Virus record (IMG/VR): IMGVR_UViG_3300014205_000209
Source: a virus
Lineage: Duplodnaviria; Heunggongvirae; Uroviricota; Caudoviricetes
DNA: 64,000 nt
Reading direction: 5' to 3' (one strand)
Under the pieces are notes generated by a model. That model did no database searches. It saw only the letters and a program-made list of their open reading frames with translations, and was not told the DNA's origin. This document shows positions 1 to 9,947 of the stretch, piece by piece; position 1 is the first letter of the stretch; each line of letters opens with the position of its first letter. The position numbers were made by a program, and so were the translations under genes.

Positions 1-546
1 AAACCATCATTTTTTAATTCGCATGCTATGATAGATGCTTCTCTTTTTGATTTTGCAAACATCAAAGAGTTCCAATTCATTTTTTTAGAATTAGTTACAC
101 CTTTCACAACAAATGGTCCTTGATAATCACAATTATGAAAATTGTGATCGGTCCATGTTTCAAATGTATGTTCTTTCACTACATCATAATATGAAAAATT
201 AGCTATCCATAAATGTTGACTGAAAGAATTAATTAAATTACAATTTCTTTGAAATAAATCATAACATAAATCATTATAAAATGGTAAAACAGAATATCTA
301 CCAATAACAATACTATTAGGCGGTATTACTGATCTATATTTAATAACATTAAAATATTTTGCTGCTATTTCACATTCATTTTCTTCAGCTAAACTATCTC
401 TAAACAAAATTACTGAATTCACTAATTTATATCTCCAAATTCTGTGAAATTAGTTCTGTCATTTGTATCTTCTTTTTTATAGCTAAGATCTTATGGTTCA
501 TAATAGAAATATCAATATAAATGAATAAAATAGCTAAATTTCTAAA

Positions 547-1797
547 GTGTTTATAATATTATTATCTAATATGGATTTAGATAATAAAAAACAACTTAGA
601 TACAGAAAACAAAAAGAAACCCTATTAGCCACAAAAGCTAAAAGACACCAACAAATATGTAAAGTCATAGAACTTAAAATATCCAATAATCATCTTAACA
701 AAATACAACAAGAACAACTTAAAATGTTCTTTCTTGAAGCAAAATGGCTATACAATCATATTCTATCTACTAAAAAACCTTTTGAATACGATTATAAAAA
801 AAATCCTATTCAAAAAATGAATAAAGACAAAAAACTAGAAATTGTAACTTTAAACTACCTTCCAGCTAAAAACAAACAAACTATACTTAAATATCTTACT
901 CAATCTATTAAAAATCTTTCAACATTAAAAAAGAAAGGTAAAAAAGTAGGTAGACTTAAATTTAAAGATAAAATGAAATCTATAGATTTAGATCAGTATG
1001 AAACTACACATAAAATAGTAGGAAATAGATTTAAGATAAATGGTATTAAGAAACCATTAAAAGTTTACGGATTACATCAAATTAAGTCTGATTGGGAATT
1101 TGCTAACGCTAAATTAATTAAAGATCCAGATGGATATTTTATAAAATTAACTTGTTTCTATTTCCCCAAAGGAGAAATACAAAATGTAGCTAAAAAAGAT
1201 GTTGGATTAGATTTTGGAATCAAAAATACACTAACTTCATCAGAAGGAGAAGTATTTAAAGTAACAGTTGAAGAATCAGAACATCTTAAAAGATTACAGC
1301 AAAAAATAGCTAAATCTAAAAAGGGTTCTAACAATCGTTATAAATTAAAACTTCTTCTTGAAAAAGAATATAAGAAACTAACTAATAAAAAAAATGATGC
1401 AGCTAATAAGTTAGTTCATTATCTAAAAGTAAAGTATAATAGAATATTTATTCAAGATGAGAATATAAGAGGATGGAAAGCTGGATTGTATGGTAGACAA
1501 GTTCAACATTCTATTTTAGGCAGATTGAAAACACAATTAGAACAATTATCTCAAACTACAGTTATAGGTAGATGGGAGAAGAGTACTAAGTTGTGCTATA
1601 TTTGTGGCAAAGAAAATAATATTGGATTTAATCCTGTTTATAAATGTGAATGTGGTTTAGAAGAAGATAGGGATGTTAAAGCTGCGAAGACTATAATTAA
1701 GTTAGGATATATAAAGTTGAAAATACCTATGGAGAGTAGGGAATTTAAGTTTGTGGAGAATAGTGCCTCTGTTCGTTTAGATCAAGTGTCTAAATGA
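547..1797 (+). mobile_element. tnpB: TnpB (IS200/IS605-family OrfB) RNA-guided nuclease-like protein. No tnpA is present.
   Basis: 416-aa ORF with RuvC-I-like DVGLDFGIKNT, an acidic RuvC-II region (IQDENIRGWK) and a C-terminal zinc finger CYICGK...CECG. Plus-strand gene in a minus-strand genome. Shares an upstream motif with the second tnpB. Confidence 0.7.
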
Positions 1798-1832
1798 ATA
1801 AGTATTGTTCTGTGAAGCAAAAAACTATTAAG

Positions 1833-2189
1833 TTAGTATCTCATATCTCCACAATGTGTTGATGCATTTCCGGAAATTTGTTTGCAAGAAATGTCACCTG
1901 TTTGTAATGAAACATTTCCAAGAACATTACCCTCAATATTTATATCACCAGTTTGACATTTTAATGTTGTGACGTTACCTTTTATTGAAATGTCACCTGT
2001 TTGTAGTGAAACAGATTCTGCATCACCTATAATAGTAATGTTTATTCTTGTTCCTGATTCAACTTTATTTCCATCAATTATTACTTCATCGTTGACAACT
2101 GAAACATTAGTACCTTTATATGTTTTCCCATTAATAGTTACTGTAGATTCACTTTTGAATATTGAAGCAAATTTCTTTATCATTAACAT
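1833..2189 (-). CDS. beta-helix repeat protein, possibly bactofilin-like
   Basis: Repeated QTGDISIKGNV / QTGDINIEGNV / LQTGDISCK units, and matching DNA-level repeats of gtcacctgtttgta(a/g)tgaaaca about 94 bp apart. Confidence 0.35.
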   Translation of the reverse strand: MLMIKKFASIFKSESTVTINGKTYKGTNVSVVNDEVIIDGNKVESGTRINITIIGDAESVSLQTGDISIKGNVTTLKCQTGDINIEGNVLGNVSLQTGDISCKQISGNASTHCGDMRY

Positions 2190-2357
2190 TCCTTTTCAAA
2201 CTGTTCATACAAATTATCAATTATTAAACAAATTTTTTTCTTAACTAATTCCTTATCATTACTAGTTTTACTATCCATATTTATAATTGGTAACGACATT
2301 TTTGTTGATTTTTTAACTGTTAATCCGAGACAAAATTTAAAAATCATATTACCTACT

Positions 2358-3155
2358 TTATAATTTAGTTTTTGCTGTTAATGTAATTTTTTCATCGCCT
2401 AAAAAATCAACTAATTTATCGAAAGTAAGATCACAATAATTATCTTTCCAATCGTCAATAAAATATAAATTTCTGCTATCTTTAATTAAACCAAATAAAA
2501 TAGGGTCTCGTTTCTTTTCTATTTCTTTTTTGGTTAAATTAATTGATGAACCTTCTGGATCATAATGTAAAATTGCATAATTATCAAAAATTTTAAAATC
2601 ATCCATTTTATCCTTTTTATCTGCAACAGTATCTGGAATAATTTTTGTAAAATTTGAAATATATGTTAATGAAATACCTTTTTCTGATTGAAGAACAAAT
2701 TTGATTAAATCTTGTTCTGAAATATATTTTACAGAATCTAAAGCAACCAATTGATTTTCTAACAATTTTACAGTTAATGTATCTTTAAATTTTTCAACTA
2801 ATGCTGTTTGACCTAGCTTTTGTGCTTTTTCAATATTATCTTTCAATTCTTTTGAATCAGCATTAAATTTTTCAACCTGTTTAGCATTTTCAAAAATTGC
2901 TTTAAAAAAATATTTAACAGGTTTTTTTCTCGAAAAGATCTTTGAATTTAAAAAACTTTTTTTAATTTTTCTAAAAACTGGTGTAGTACTATTACCATCA
3001 TCAGCTTCAAAAGTACCACCAATAAATATACTGGCTTGTTTGTCAGGATCGTTATTTTCTTCAGTTTGTTTTTTATGTTTTTTTAAATTTTTGTCAATTT
3101 TAAAATGTCTAAAAATTTCCAATTCATATGAACCATCTCTATGCTTAAAAACCAT
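2358..3155 (-). CDS. hypothetical protein
   Basis: 265-aa ORF, tightly packed with its neighbours. No motif recognised. Confidence 0.3.
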   Translation of the reverse strand: MVFKHRDGSYELEIFRHFKIDKNLKKHKKQTEENNDPDKQASIFIGGTFEADDGNSTTPVFRKIKKSFLNSKIFSRKKPVKYFFKAIFENAKQVEKFNADSKELKDNIEKAQKLGQTALVEKFKDTLTVKLLENQLVALDSVKYISEQDLIKFVLQSEKGISLTYISNFTKIIPDTVADKKDKMDDFKIFDNYAILHYDPEGSSINLTKKEIEKKRDPILFGLIKDSRNLYFIDDWKDNYCDLTFDKLVDFLGDEKITLTAKTKL

Positions 3156-3165
3156 TTTAATCTCC

Positions 3166-3546
3166 TTAAATTGGTTGTAAAATTTTTCTTTCTATCTGTT
3201 TTTTACAACCATTTGAATCCACTGCAATAAATATAGCTGTTGTTTCCAAACATTGAACGACATTTAAACTACCACGTTCACTTTTAAATACAACAACTTT
3301 AATTGTCATACTAGTATTACCTATTCTTAAAGTTTCACAGAAAAATTCAAGAATATCACCTTCTTTAACTGGATAAGAAAAGATCATTTCATTAAGTTTT
3401 TTTGTTACTAGGTGTTTTTCCATAGTAGTTTGATGTGCATAAATAGCTGCTGCTTCATCAACCCAAGCCATCATATTACCACCAAAAAGATTTCCATTAA
3501 CACCCAAATCTTTTTGCATACATAATTTAGAAGTTACTTTAGGCAT
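3166..3546 (-). CDS. acyl-CoA thioesterase, hotdog fold (YciA-like)
   Basis: N-terminal GNLFGGNMMAWVDEAAAIYA is typical of the YciA/4HBT thioesterase family. Length 126 aa fits a single hotdog domain. Confidence 0.55.
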   Translation of the reverse strand: MPKVTSKLCMQKDLGVNGNLFGGNMMAWVDEAAAIYAHQTTMEKHLVTKKLNEMIFSYPVKEGDILEFFCETLRIGNTSMTIKVVVFKSERGSLNVVQCLETTAIFIAVDSNGCKKQIERKILQPI

Positions 3547-3571
3547 GTTTTTTCTCCCATGTATAATTATC

Positions 3572-3910
3572 TTAATATTTCATAAAATAAGCTATTTGTA
3601 ATGGCATGTAACTATAAAGTTTAAATTTTACTTCACAATTAATTTTTTTAAAACGTAAATAAGCATTAAGATTTGTTTTAATCTTATTTATTGTTTCACC
3701 ATGTTTGCCGATAAATAAACCTGGTCTTTCAAGATACAATTTAATAGTTATTTTACCAAAAAATTTTGAAATTTTGATCCAATGTATATTTATTAAAGTT
3801 GGATCATTAAAATTTTTAGTTATTTCAAAAGCTAATTCTTGTTTTAACCAATACCATTTATCTTTTCTAGAATGAAAAATTTTATTTTTGACAAAATTAA
3901 TTAAATTCAT
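3572..3910 (-). CDS. KH-domain RNA-binding protein (KhpA-like)
   Basis: GLFIGKHGETINKIKT matches the KH-domain GxxG loop motif. Small (112 aa). Confidence 0.4.
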   Translation of the reverse strand: MNLINFVKNKIFHSRKDKWYWLKQELAFEITKNFNDPTLINIHWIKISKFFGKITIKLYLERPGLFIGKHGETINKIKTNLNAYLRFKKINCEVKFKLYSYMPLQIAYFMKY

Positions 3911-3913
3911 TTA

Positions 3914-4366
3914 TTAACCTTTAAAATTCTGTTGAAACTTTTCAGCTTCTTCCATTTTCTTTTGTTCATCTGCTATTGTAAGATGCCAATCACCAGTTGG
4001 TCGATATGAAGAAATATCTTGTTCTAGATTAATTTTTTCATTAAGTTCATTCCATTCAGCATCACTCATATTTTTTTTCCAAGCATCCCACCATCTAAAC
4101 CATGCCCAATATTCTGCAGTTGGACTTTTATTATCATCTTTTTGAGGTTTTTCAACACCAAAACGGGTTAACTGCGAAACTGCAAACATTTGAGTCTCTG
4201 ACATTTTTTCGATGTCTTTTTGAATTTCTGGCCAATGTGAATTTTCTATTCTACCATGATGATAATCATGACGCATTCGCCAAATGAATGCACCGATTGC
4301 ATCAATTGTTAAATACAATCCAATTTCATTTTCTTTTTCAAGCTGAGCTTTGCGTTTTTCGTCCAT
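3914..4366 (-). CDS. hypothetical protein
   Basis: 150-aa ORF, acidic with a Trp-rich C-terminus. Confidence 0.3.
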   Translation of the reverse strand: MDEKRKAQLEKENEIGLYLTIDAIGAFIWRMRHDYHHGRIENSHWPEIQKDIEKMSETQMFAVSQLTRFGVEKPQKDDNKSPTAEYWAWFRWWDAWKKNMSDAEWNELNEKINLEQDISSYRPTGDWHLTIADEQKKMEEAEKFQQNFKG

Positions 4367-4586
4367 TAAATCCTCCTCGTTCTTTCTTTAGATTTTATAA
4401 CACACAATCCAAACAATCCAAATAATAAACATACGATTTGTATTGTAAATAAAAAATATACTCCAATACCATATAAAATTAAATTTTGCCAAAATCCAAC
4501 TGGTTCAAGAATGTATTTTATAATAAGAAAAAATTCTGTAGGAACAAACATTAAAATAAATATCATTAGTATTGAAAAAAACTTTT

Positions 4587-5138
4587 TCATTTAATCCTTT
4601 CAATAAAAATTTCAAAATGATCTTTGGAAAATCTTGTATAATCGACAACCAAATGTGTTTTAAATAAAGCATATTCTTTTTTGAATGCTTTTAACCAAGA
4701 TTCATAATTTGACAATATCCATGAACCTTTTTGTTTAATTACATTACTAGTTTGCAAATGATGCCATATGTTTCCAATATATTCAAACTTTTTAGGTTTA
4801 CAATGTTTAGTATAATACTGGTTTTTGTTTTTAAATTTCTTAAGTTCATCATCAGTCATTTTATCATAATTCTCATCAAAAAATTTAGCTGATTTATTAT
4901 CTTTCCATCTTTCAACTCCGTTTGGATAACCATATTTATCTTTTTTAGCTTTTGTAGGATCAACTTTAATCATTCTTCTATTATCAAATACACCGGTACT
5001 AAGAAGAAAACGTTCAATTGTTGTTTCTGGAAAAGCATAAAAACCTTTTCTTGAAGGTGGAGCATGATAACTATCTTTACCATATCCTTCTTGAATTACA
5101 GGTGATAAACCACCAAAACGTACAAATTTAATATTCAT
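4587..5138 (-). CDS. hypothetical protein
   Basis: 183-aa ORF. The stop of the upstream gene overlaps its start, suggesting a co-oriented operon. Confidence 0.35.
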   Translation of the reverse strand: MNIKFVRFGGLSPVIQEGYGKDSYHAPPSRKGFYAFPETTIERFLLSTGVFDNRRMIKVDPTKAKKDKYGYPNGVERWKDNKSAKFFDENYDKMTDDELKKFKNKNQYYTKHCKPKKFEYIGNIWHHLQTSNVIKQKGSWILSNYESWLKAFKKEYALFKTHLVVDYTRFSKDHFEIFIERIK

Positions 5139-5169
5139 ATTAAAATATCAACATATATTGGAAAAATAA

Positions 5170-5970
5170 CTAAAATTTATGATAATTTAATTTGAGTTTT
5201 TCTATTGCTTTTTGTTTTATTTGTCTAACTCTTTCTTTAGTTATGTTTAATACTTCACCTATTTCTTCTAAAGTTTTACATTCGTCTTGTTCAATGCCAA
5301 AGTATAATTCAACGATTTTTCGTTCTTTAGGTTTAAGCATTTCCAATGCTTTTTTACACATAGTTTTATTTGATAATACTATTGATAAGTCTTCAATACT
5401 CATATCTTGTAAATTATCAATTAATGTTCTATCTTCATTTTCTTCGTCATTATCCAAACATGTATTTAATGAAATTATCTGATTTTTATTGGATTCTAAA
5501 CGTTCAATTTCTGTTACTGTTTTTTGTGTAATAGTAGTAATAAAATCCATATTTAATCTATTAAATTTTTGTAATGATAATGCTTTTGCTTTTTCTATAT
5601 TTTTATTTTCTCCATAAATATTAGCAGGAACACGAACCAATCTTGAATTTTGAATATACATTATCATAGCTTGTCTAACCCACCATATTGCATAACTAAT
5701 AAATTTATTATTAGTGGTGGTTTTGTAATGAAAAATTGCTTGAATTAAACCAATCACACCTTCGTTGATTAATTCTGGTAATAGATTATCTGGTGTTTTA
5801 AATTTTAAAGCAGTAGATAAAATGATTCTTAAATGTGAATTTACTAATTTATTAATTGCAACATGATCTTTGTTTTTTTGTGCTTGTGCTATAAGTTCAA
5901 TTTGTTCAGCTTCTTTTAAAAGCTTAGATTTTCCAATATCTTTAAGTAACAATTGTTGCAATTTTTCCAT
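5170..5970 (-). CDS. sigma-70 family RNA polymerase sigma factor (regions 2–4)
   Basis: Region 2 is ELINEGVIGLIQAIFHYK...FISYAIWWVRQAMIMYI. Region 4 helix-turn-helix is TLEEIGEVLNITKERVRQIKQKAIEKLK. Confidence 0.8.
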   Translation of the reverse strand: MEKLQQLLLKDIGKSKLLKEAEQIELIAQAQKNKDHVAINKLVNSHLRIILSTALKFKTPDNLLPELINEGVIGLIQAIFHYKTTTNNKFISYAIWWVRQAMIMYIQNSRLVRVPANIYGENKNIEKAKALSLQKFNRLNMDFITTITQKTVTEIERLESNKNQIISLNTCLDNDEENEDRTLIDNLQDMSIEDLSIVLSNKTMCKKALEMLKPKERKIVELYFGIEQDECKTLEEIGEVLNITKERVRQIKQKAIEKLKLNYHKF

Positions 5971-6016
5971 AATATCCTTTGTTAGTTAAAATATCATAAA
6001 AAAATAATTAAATAGT

Positions 6017-6295
6017 TTATTTTTTTAATTTTAAATTATTTAATGAGATTATTGTTTCTTCTAATTCTAATTCTATCTCTTTTGATTTTTTCTTTATCAA
6101 ATTTAATTTATTCCGTTTTATTTTTATTAAATGTTGTATTGCCAAAAATTCTGAAGTAAAACTTTTTTCTTTTTTAACATACCAATAATCATTTGTGATT
6201 TGATTTAACGCATAATATTCAAACGTTAATTCTGTAATAACTTTCAAAGATACAATCTTATCATTTTTATTAAATGCAAAAATAGTATCAAACAT
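6017..6295 (-). CDS. hypothetical protein
   Basis: 92-aa ORF directly upstream of the sigma factor. Confidence 0.25.
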   Translation of the reverse strand: MFDTIFAFNKNDKIVSLKVITELTFEYYALNQITNDYWYVKKEKSFTSEFLAIQHLIKIKRNKLNLIKKKSKEIELELEETIISLNNLKLKK

Positions 6296-7157
6296 AAAAT
6301 CTATTATTTCTGATATACTCTAGAACCTTTATATCCAACGCATTTTGTAATAAGGTATTATCATCTTCTATCAAAGCTTTCCTTACCTCAGATGACGATA
6401 TTTCCATAATAGGACTTTCTTCACATAAATAAATATGCGGTGATTTTAAATACCATGATATTTTAGGATCAAAACTTATTCCTTTTCTTGGTACTACTAC
6501 AAATCTTATCATTTTTTCTAATAATTCATATTCTACCCATTTTTCAAAAGTATTAGCATTATCTAATCCTATTATTAAACTAAAATCATATTGATTCTTT
6601 GCAAAATCTTCTTCTAACAATTGCTTAACAAAATGATATGTTTGACCTGCAAATTTATTTTTTATCTCATAATCACATACTTTTATTCTTTTATCACATT
6701 CAACAGCTAATTTACACATATTTAATCTATCATCAGAACTAATCATTTTTTTTCCATACATATGTGAATAACATGGTAATAGCCATACCTCATCAAAGAT
6801 TTTGCTAGTGTTTAAAACAAATTGAGCTACTTGAATATGACCATTAGTTACAGGATCAAAAGCTCCACCAAGTATTGCTACTTTAATTTTTCTACCTAAT
6901 GATTTATATTGTTTCTCTCTATTTTTGATTTTCAACAATGTTGCATTAATACATTCTTCTGGTGTCCAATCATTTTCATTACATAATTGAATAGCAGAAC
7001 ACAAAAGATCACCTACTTCTTCTTTCATATTTTTAATATCGGTGTATCTTGCAAGTTCTAATGCTTCACCTAAAACATCATCTAATCTTTGTTTTAATGG
7101 TGTTCTACCAAATGCATTTAAAAATACTTCATTTATTTTATTTGAAACATCTTTCAT
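6288..7157 (-). CDS. fusion of a MazG-like NTP pyrophosphohydrolase with a nicotinamide/nicotinate mononucleotide adenylyltransferase (NMNAT)
   Basis: N-terminal EEVGDLLCSAIQLCNE is a MazG-type acidic helix. The C-terminal half has ILGGAFDPVTNGHIQVAQ, matching the (H/T)xGH nucleotidyltransferase motif of NadD/NMNAT. Confidence 0.6.
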   Translation of the reverse strand: MKDVSNKINEVFLNAFGRTPLKQRLDDVLGEALELARYTDIKNMKEEVGDLLCSAIQLCNENDWTPEECINATLLKIKNREKQYKSLGRKIKVAILGGAFDPVTNGHIQVAQFVLNTSKIFDEVWLLPCYSHMYGKKMISSDDRLNMCKLAVECDKRIKVCDYEIKNKFAGQTYHFVKQLLEEDFAKNQYDFSLIIGLDNANTFEKWVEYELLEKMIRFVVVPRKGISFDPKISWYLKSPHIYLCEESPIMEISSSEVRKALIEDDNTLLQNALDIKVLEYIRNNRFYV

Positions 7158-7333
7158 TTATTTTCCTTTGATAAACTATTTCCACATACTTGACATATAT
7201 TTTTTTCTTTAGCACATGCTGAACATTTTTCTTTTAATTGCATCGAATAAAAAGGAAATACTCCATGTTTTTTACAATAACCATCACCCATACAACTTTT
7301 AATCGGTTGTTTACATTCAGTACATAATACCAT
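7158..7333 (-). CDS. small Cys-rich zinc-ribbon protein (about 58 aa, below the ORF-track cutoff)
   Basis: Translating the minus strand by hand gives MVLCTECKQPIKSCMGDGYCKKHG...CSACAKEKNICQVCGN. Its ATG overlaps the upstream stop (ATGA). Confidence 0.35.
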
Positions 7334-7752
7334 TATTTACTCCAATAATTTTTTAAATCAACCATCTTACCACGATTACATTTTTGTGAATCCCACCAAA
7401 TTTCAAATTCTTGATGTGTAGGTAAACCATATGGAAAAATACGAAAAAAAGCATCTTTAAATGTAATCATCTCACCATTATAATTACAATATAAAATCCA
7501 CAAAATTCCCATAGCTTTTCCAGGATTTCCTTTAATAAAAAAATCCTCTAAAGCAACTATTAATATATTTGAAATTTTTAAATTTAATTCAAAAGATTTA
7601 TTTTTTGAAGAAATAATTTTGAAAATAGGATATTGCATTAGTTCTTGATCATCTTCAAAATATTTTTCATCAGTACAAAAAGATAATTTAATGAAAATAT
7701 CAGTTTGTTCTTTAGTCAATGGTTGACCTTTAAATTCAAATTTTGGTATCAT
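7333..7752 (-). CDS. hypothetical protein
   Basis: 139-aa ORF. Confidence 0.3.
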   Translation of the reverse strand: MIPKFEFKGQPLTKEQTDIFIKLSFCTDEKYFEDDQELMQYPIFKIISSKNKSFELNLKISNILIVALEDFFIKGNPGKAMGILWILYCNYNGEMITFKDAFFRIFPYGLPTHQEFEIWWDSQKCNRGKMVDLKNYWSK

Positions 7753-7925
7753 AAGTCATTATATGCTTTTTTATGTGATTCATTTATAACTTTAGATTCA
7801 GTCAACATATGTAAAATATGTCCAGATACATCCATAGACATTTTTTCATCCATCTTATTTTTCAAAAGTAACATTCTAATTTCACCCTGAAATTCTAATA
7901 AGTCATGAAATTCTTTTGACATAAT

Positions 7926-9704
7926 TTACTCCATTTTATTTAATTTTTTTAAAATCATTCTAACTGCTAAAGCATCATTAGTCATTAAACCACGTTTCCA
8001 TTTATTTTTTAATTTCCAATGAACAATTTCATCTTGAATAATTTTATGTTTAGTTTCATTCCAATTCAATTTGCCAGCAATTAGTTTAATAAATTCTAAT
8101 TCTAATTTTTGTTCTTCAATTTTTATTTTTTTAATCCAATGTAATATTGGTAATATAGTTAAATAATGTTCTCTTTCTAATCTATTCTTTTCATAATAAT
8201 CACAATCTTCAATAGTAATTTTATCAAAATTAACAAATTCATCGCTGTAAAATCTATATGGTATTCTTCTTTTTCTTAATCTACCTTCCCATGTTCCTGG
8301 ATCATAAATTCTATCATTTGGTAAATATCTTAAAACAAAATCACCAGAATAAGTTGATTTTTCAATTTTTTCAATTAAATAAATTTGTGATAATGATGGT
8401 GGATCACTTGGATGATATGGTGCGACTCTACGTGATTCATAATTATCACCATGTATTTTTGCTCTTGTTAATACTATTCTTGTTCCTTCAGTAGAATCTT
8501 TTCTATTTTCTGATAAAAATTCATGCCAAGTTTTTTTACCATCAGTTAACCAAAATTCTCTTTCAGCATCTCTAATAAGCTTAACTTTGTTTTCAGGTAA
8601 TCCATTTGGTTTTAATAAATTAACAGAATTTTTGAGTGAATTTCCTAAAATTTCTGTTCGTTCAATTAGTCCTTGAATAGCAATTAATCCATAAAGATAA
8701 TGTTCATGTGATGATTGAACTTTCTCTTTGGCTCTTTCTTCACTCCATTCTTTTTCTTTTTCATATATTTCAGCATATTCAGCTAAAGATGGAAACATTT
8801 TTTCATGAATACGAACACCTGAATATATCCTATAAAAATTTTCACCATTTCTAATTAAAAAATAAGTTTCAAAATTTTCTCTATTAAATCTAAAATTAGT
8901 AAAAACATCACCATAATCTTTAGCGTTTCTTCTAACTCTAAATGCCCTAACTGACTTTTTATCATTAACAAATTTTGTGTGATTCTTAACAACCCATTCA
9001 TCAAACATTTCAATATCACGAAAATCTAATCCATCATCTTCCCAAACACCAACTTCTTCGTCCATATATAATACACTTTGATATAAAACTAAAAGTTCTT
9101 CTTCTGAAGCAGGAATTCCATTACTTATTTGTACCACTTCTTCATGAATACCCAAAAATGTTTCAATCACAAAAATATATTTCATTTTTTGATCAATTTC
9201 TTTTTTCAATACTGACATCGAATTATTTAAATCACGAATCATTAATTCATATTCATTCTTCTGTAAAAGAATTTTATCATGCATTTCTCTTAGTTGATTT
9301 TTATCTTGATTACTAACTTCTTTACTATTTCCAACAATTGGAAGATTAATTTTTTCTTCCAATTCATCTTCTTGAATTATTTGTGGTGCTGCTATTGATT
9401 GTGTTATTTTAGGAAACATATCTGAATAATTAACATTACAACATTCACTTAACAAAATACTTTTTATTAATTTAGGTTTTTTATCTTTGATTATACTATA
9501 AATATCTATTTTAGGTTCGGCTTTAAAATTATATTCATATCTAGATAAAGCATGATTATATTCTTTATCAATCACATATTTTCTTGATACTTGTTTTTCT
9601 GGAAATAATACTTTTATCTTAAAAATATTGATTGCCATGTCAATATTTTTTGCTTCAATTTCAATACTATCGTGATCATCAAAATCACCAAATAAAAATT
9701 TCAT
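7926..9704 (-). CDS. large hypothetical protein
   Basis: 592-aa ORF with a coiled-coil middle region. No catalytic motif recognised. Confidence 0.4.
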   Translation of the reverse strand: MKFLFGDFDDHDSIEIEAKNIDMAINIFKIKVLFPEKQVSRKYVIDKEYNHALSRYEYNFKAEPKIDIYSIIKDKKPKLIKSILLSECCNVNYSDMFPKITQSIAAPQIIQEDELEEKINLPIVGNSKEVSNQDKNQLREMHDKILLQKNEYELMIRDLNNSMSVLKKEIDQKMKYIFVIETFLGIHEEVVQISNGIPASEEELLVLYQSVLYMDEEVGVWEDDGLDFRDIEMFDEWVVKNHTKFVNDKKSVRAFRVRRNAKDYGDVFTNFRFNRENFETYFLIRNGENFYRIYSGVRIHEKMFPSLAEYAEIYEKEKEWSEERAKEKVQSSHEHYLYGLIAIQGLIERTEILGNSLKNSVNLLKPNGLPENKVKLIRDAEREFWLTDGKKTWHEFLSENRKDSTEGTRIVLTRAKIHGDNYESRRVAPYHPSDPPSLSQIYLIEKIEKSTYSGDFVLRYLPNDRIYDPGTWEGRLRKRRIPYRFYSDEFVNFDKITIEDCDYYEKNRLEREHYLTILPILHWIKKIKIEEQKLELEFIKLIAGKLNWNETKHKIIQDEIVHWKLKNKWKRGLMTNDALAVRMILKKLNKME

Positions 9705-9947
9705 TAATTACCTTGCTACGATAAAATCGCTTTGTTTTTCTGCTTCACGTAACAATTCATCAAGTTCAGCTGTATGTTCAATTCTATCAAGTTCATCAGT
9801 TTCAGCTTCTGATTGAATCAAATTCTGCATTTGTTTTTCATAATTTGAATCCATAAAATTTTCCTTTTTTGACTAAATTAACCATTCATGATAAAATATC
9901 ATCAATAATTAGAAAAAAAGATAAAATTTGTGAAAAGATGATAGAGA

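Noticed and set aside
1969-2244. Plus-strand ORFs lying entirely inside minus-strand genes (for example 1969..2244, 4102..4287, 5192..5482, 8258..8494, 10971..11207, 16376..16567, 17234..17533, 28974..29283, 30338..30574, 37004..37216, 49650..50254, 56010..56827).
   Set aside because: These are low-complexity or hydrophobic translations of the antisense strand of well-supported genes in an AT-rich genome. The region 17526..17942 (minus) is antisense to the GIY-YIG gene and is likewise treated as spurious.
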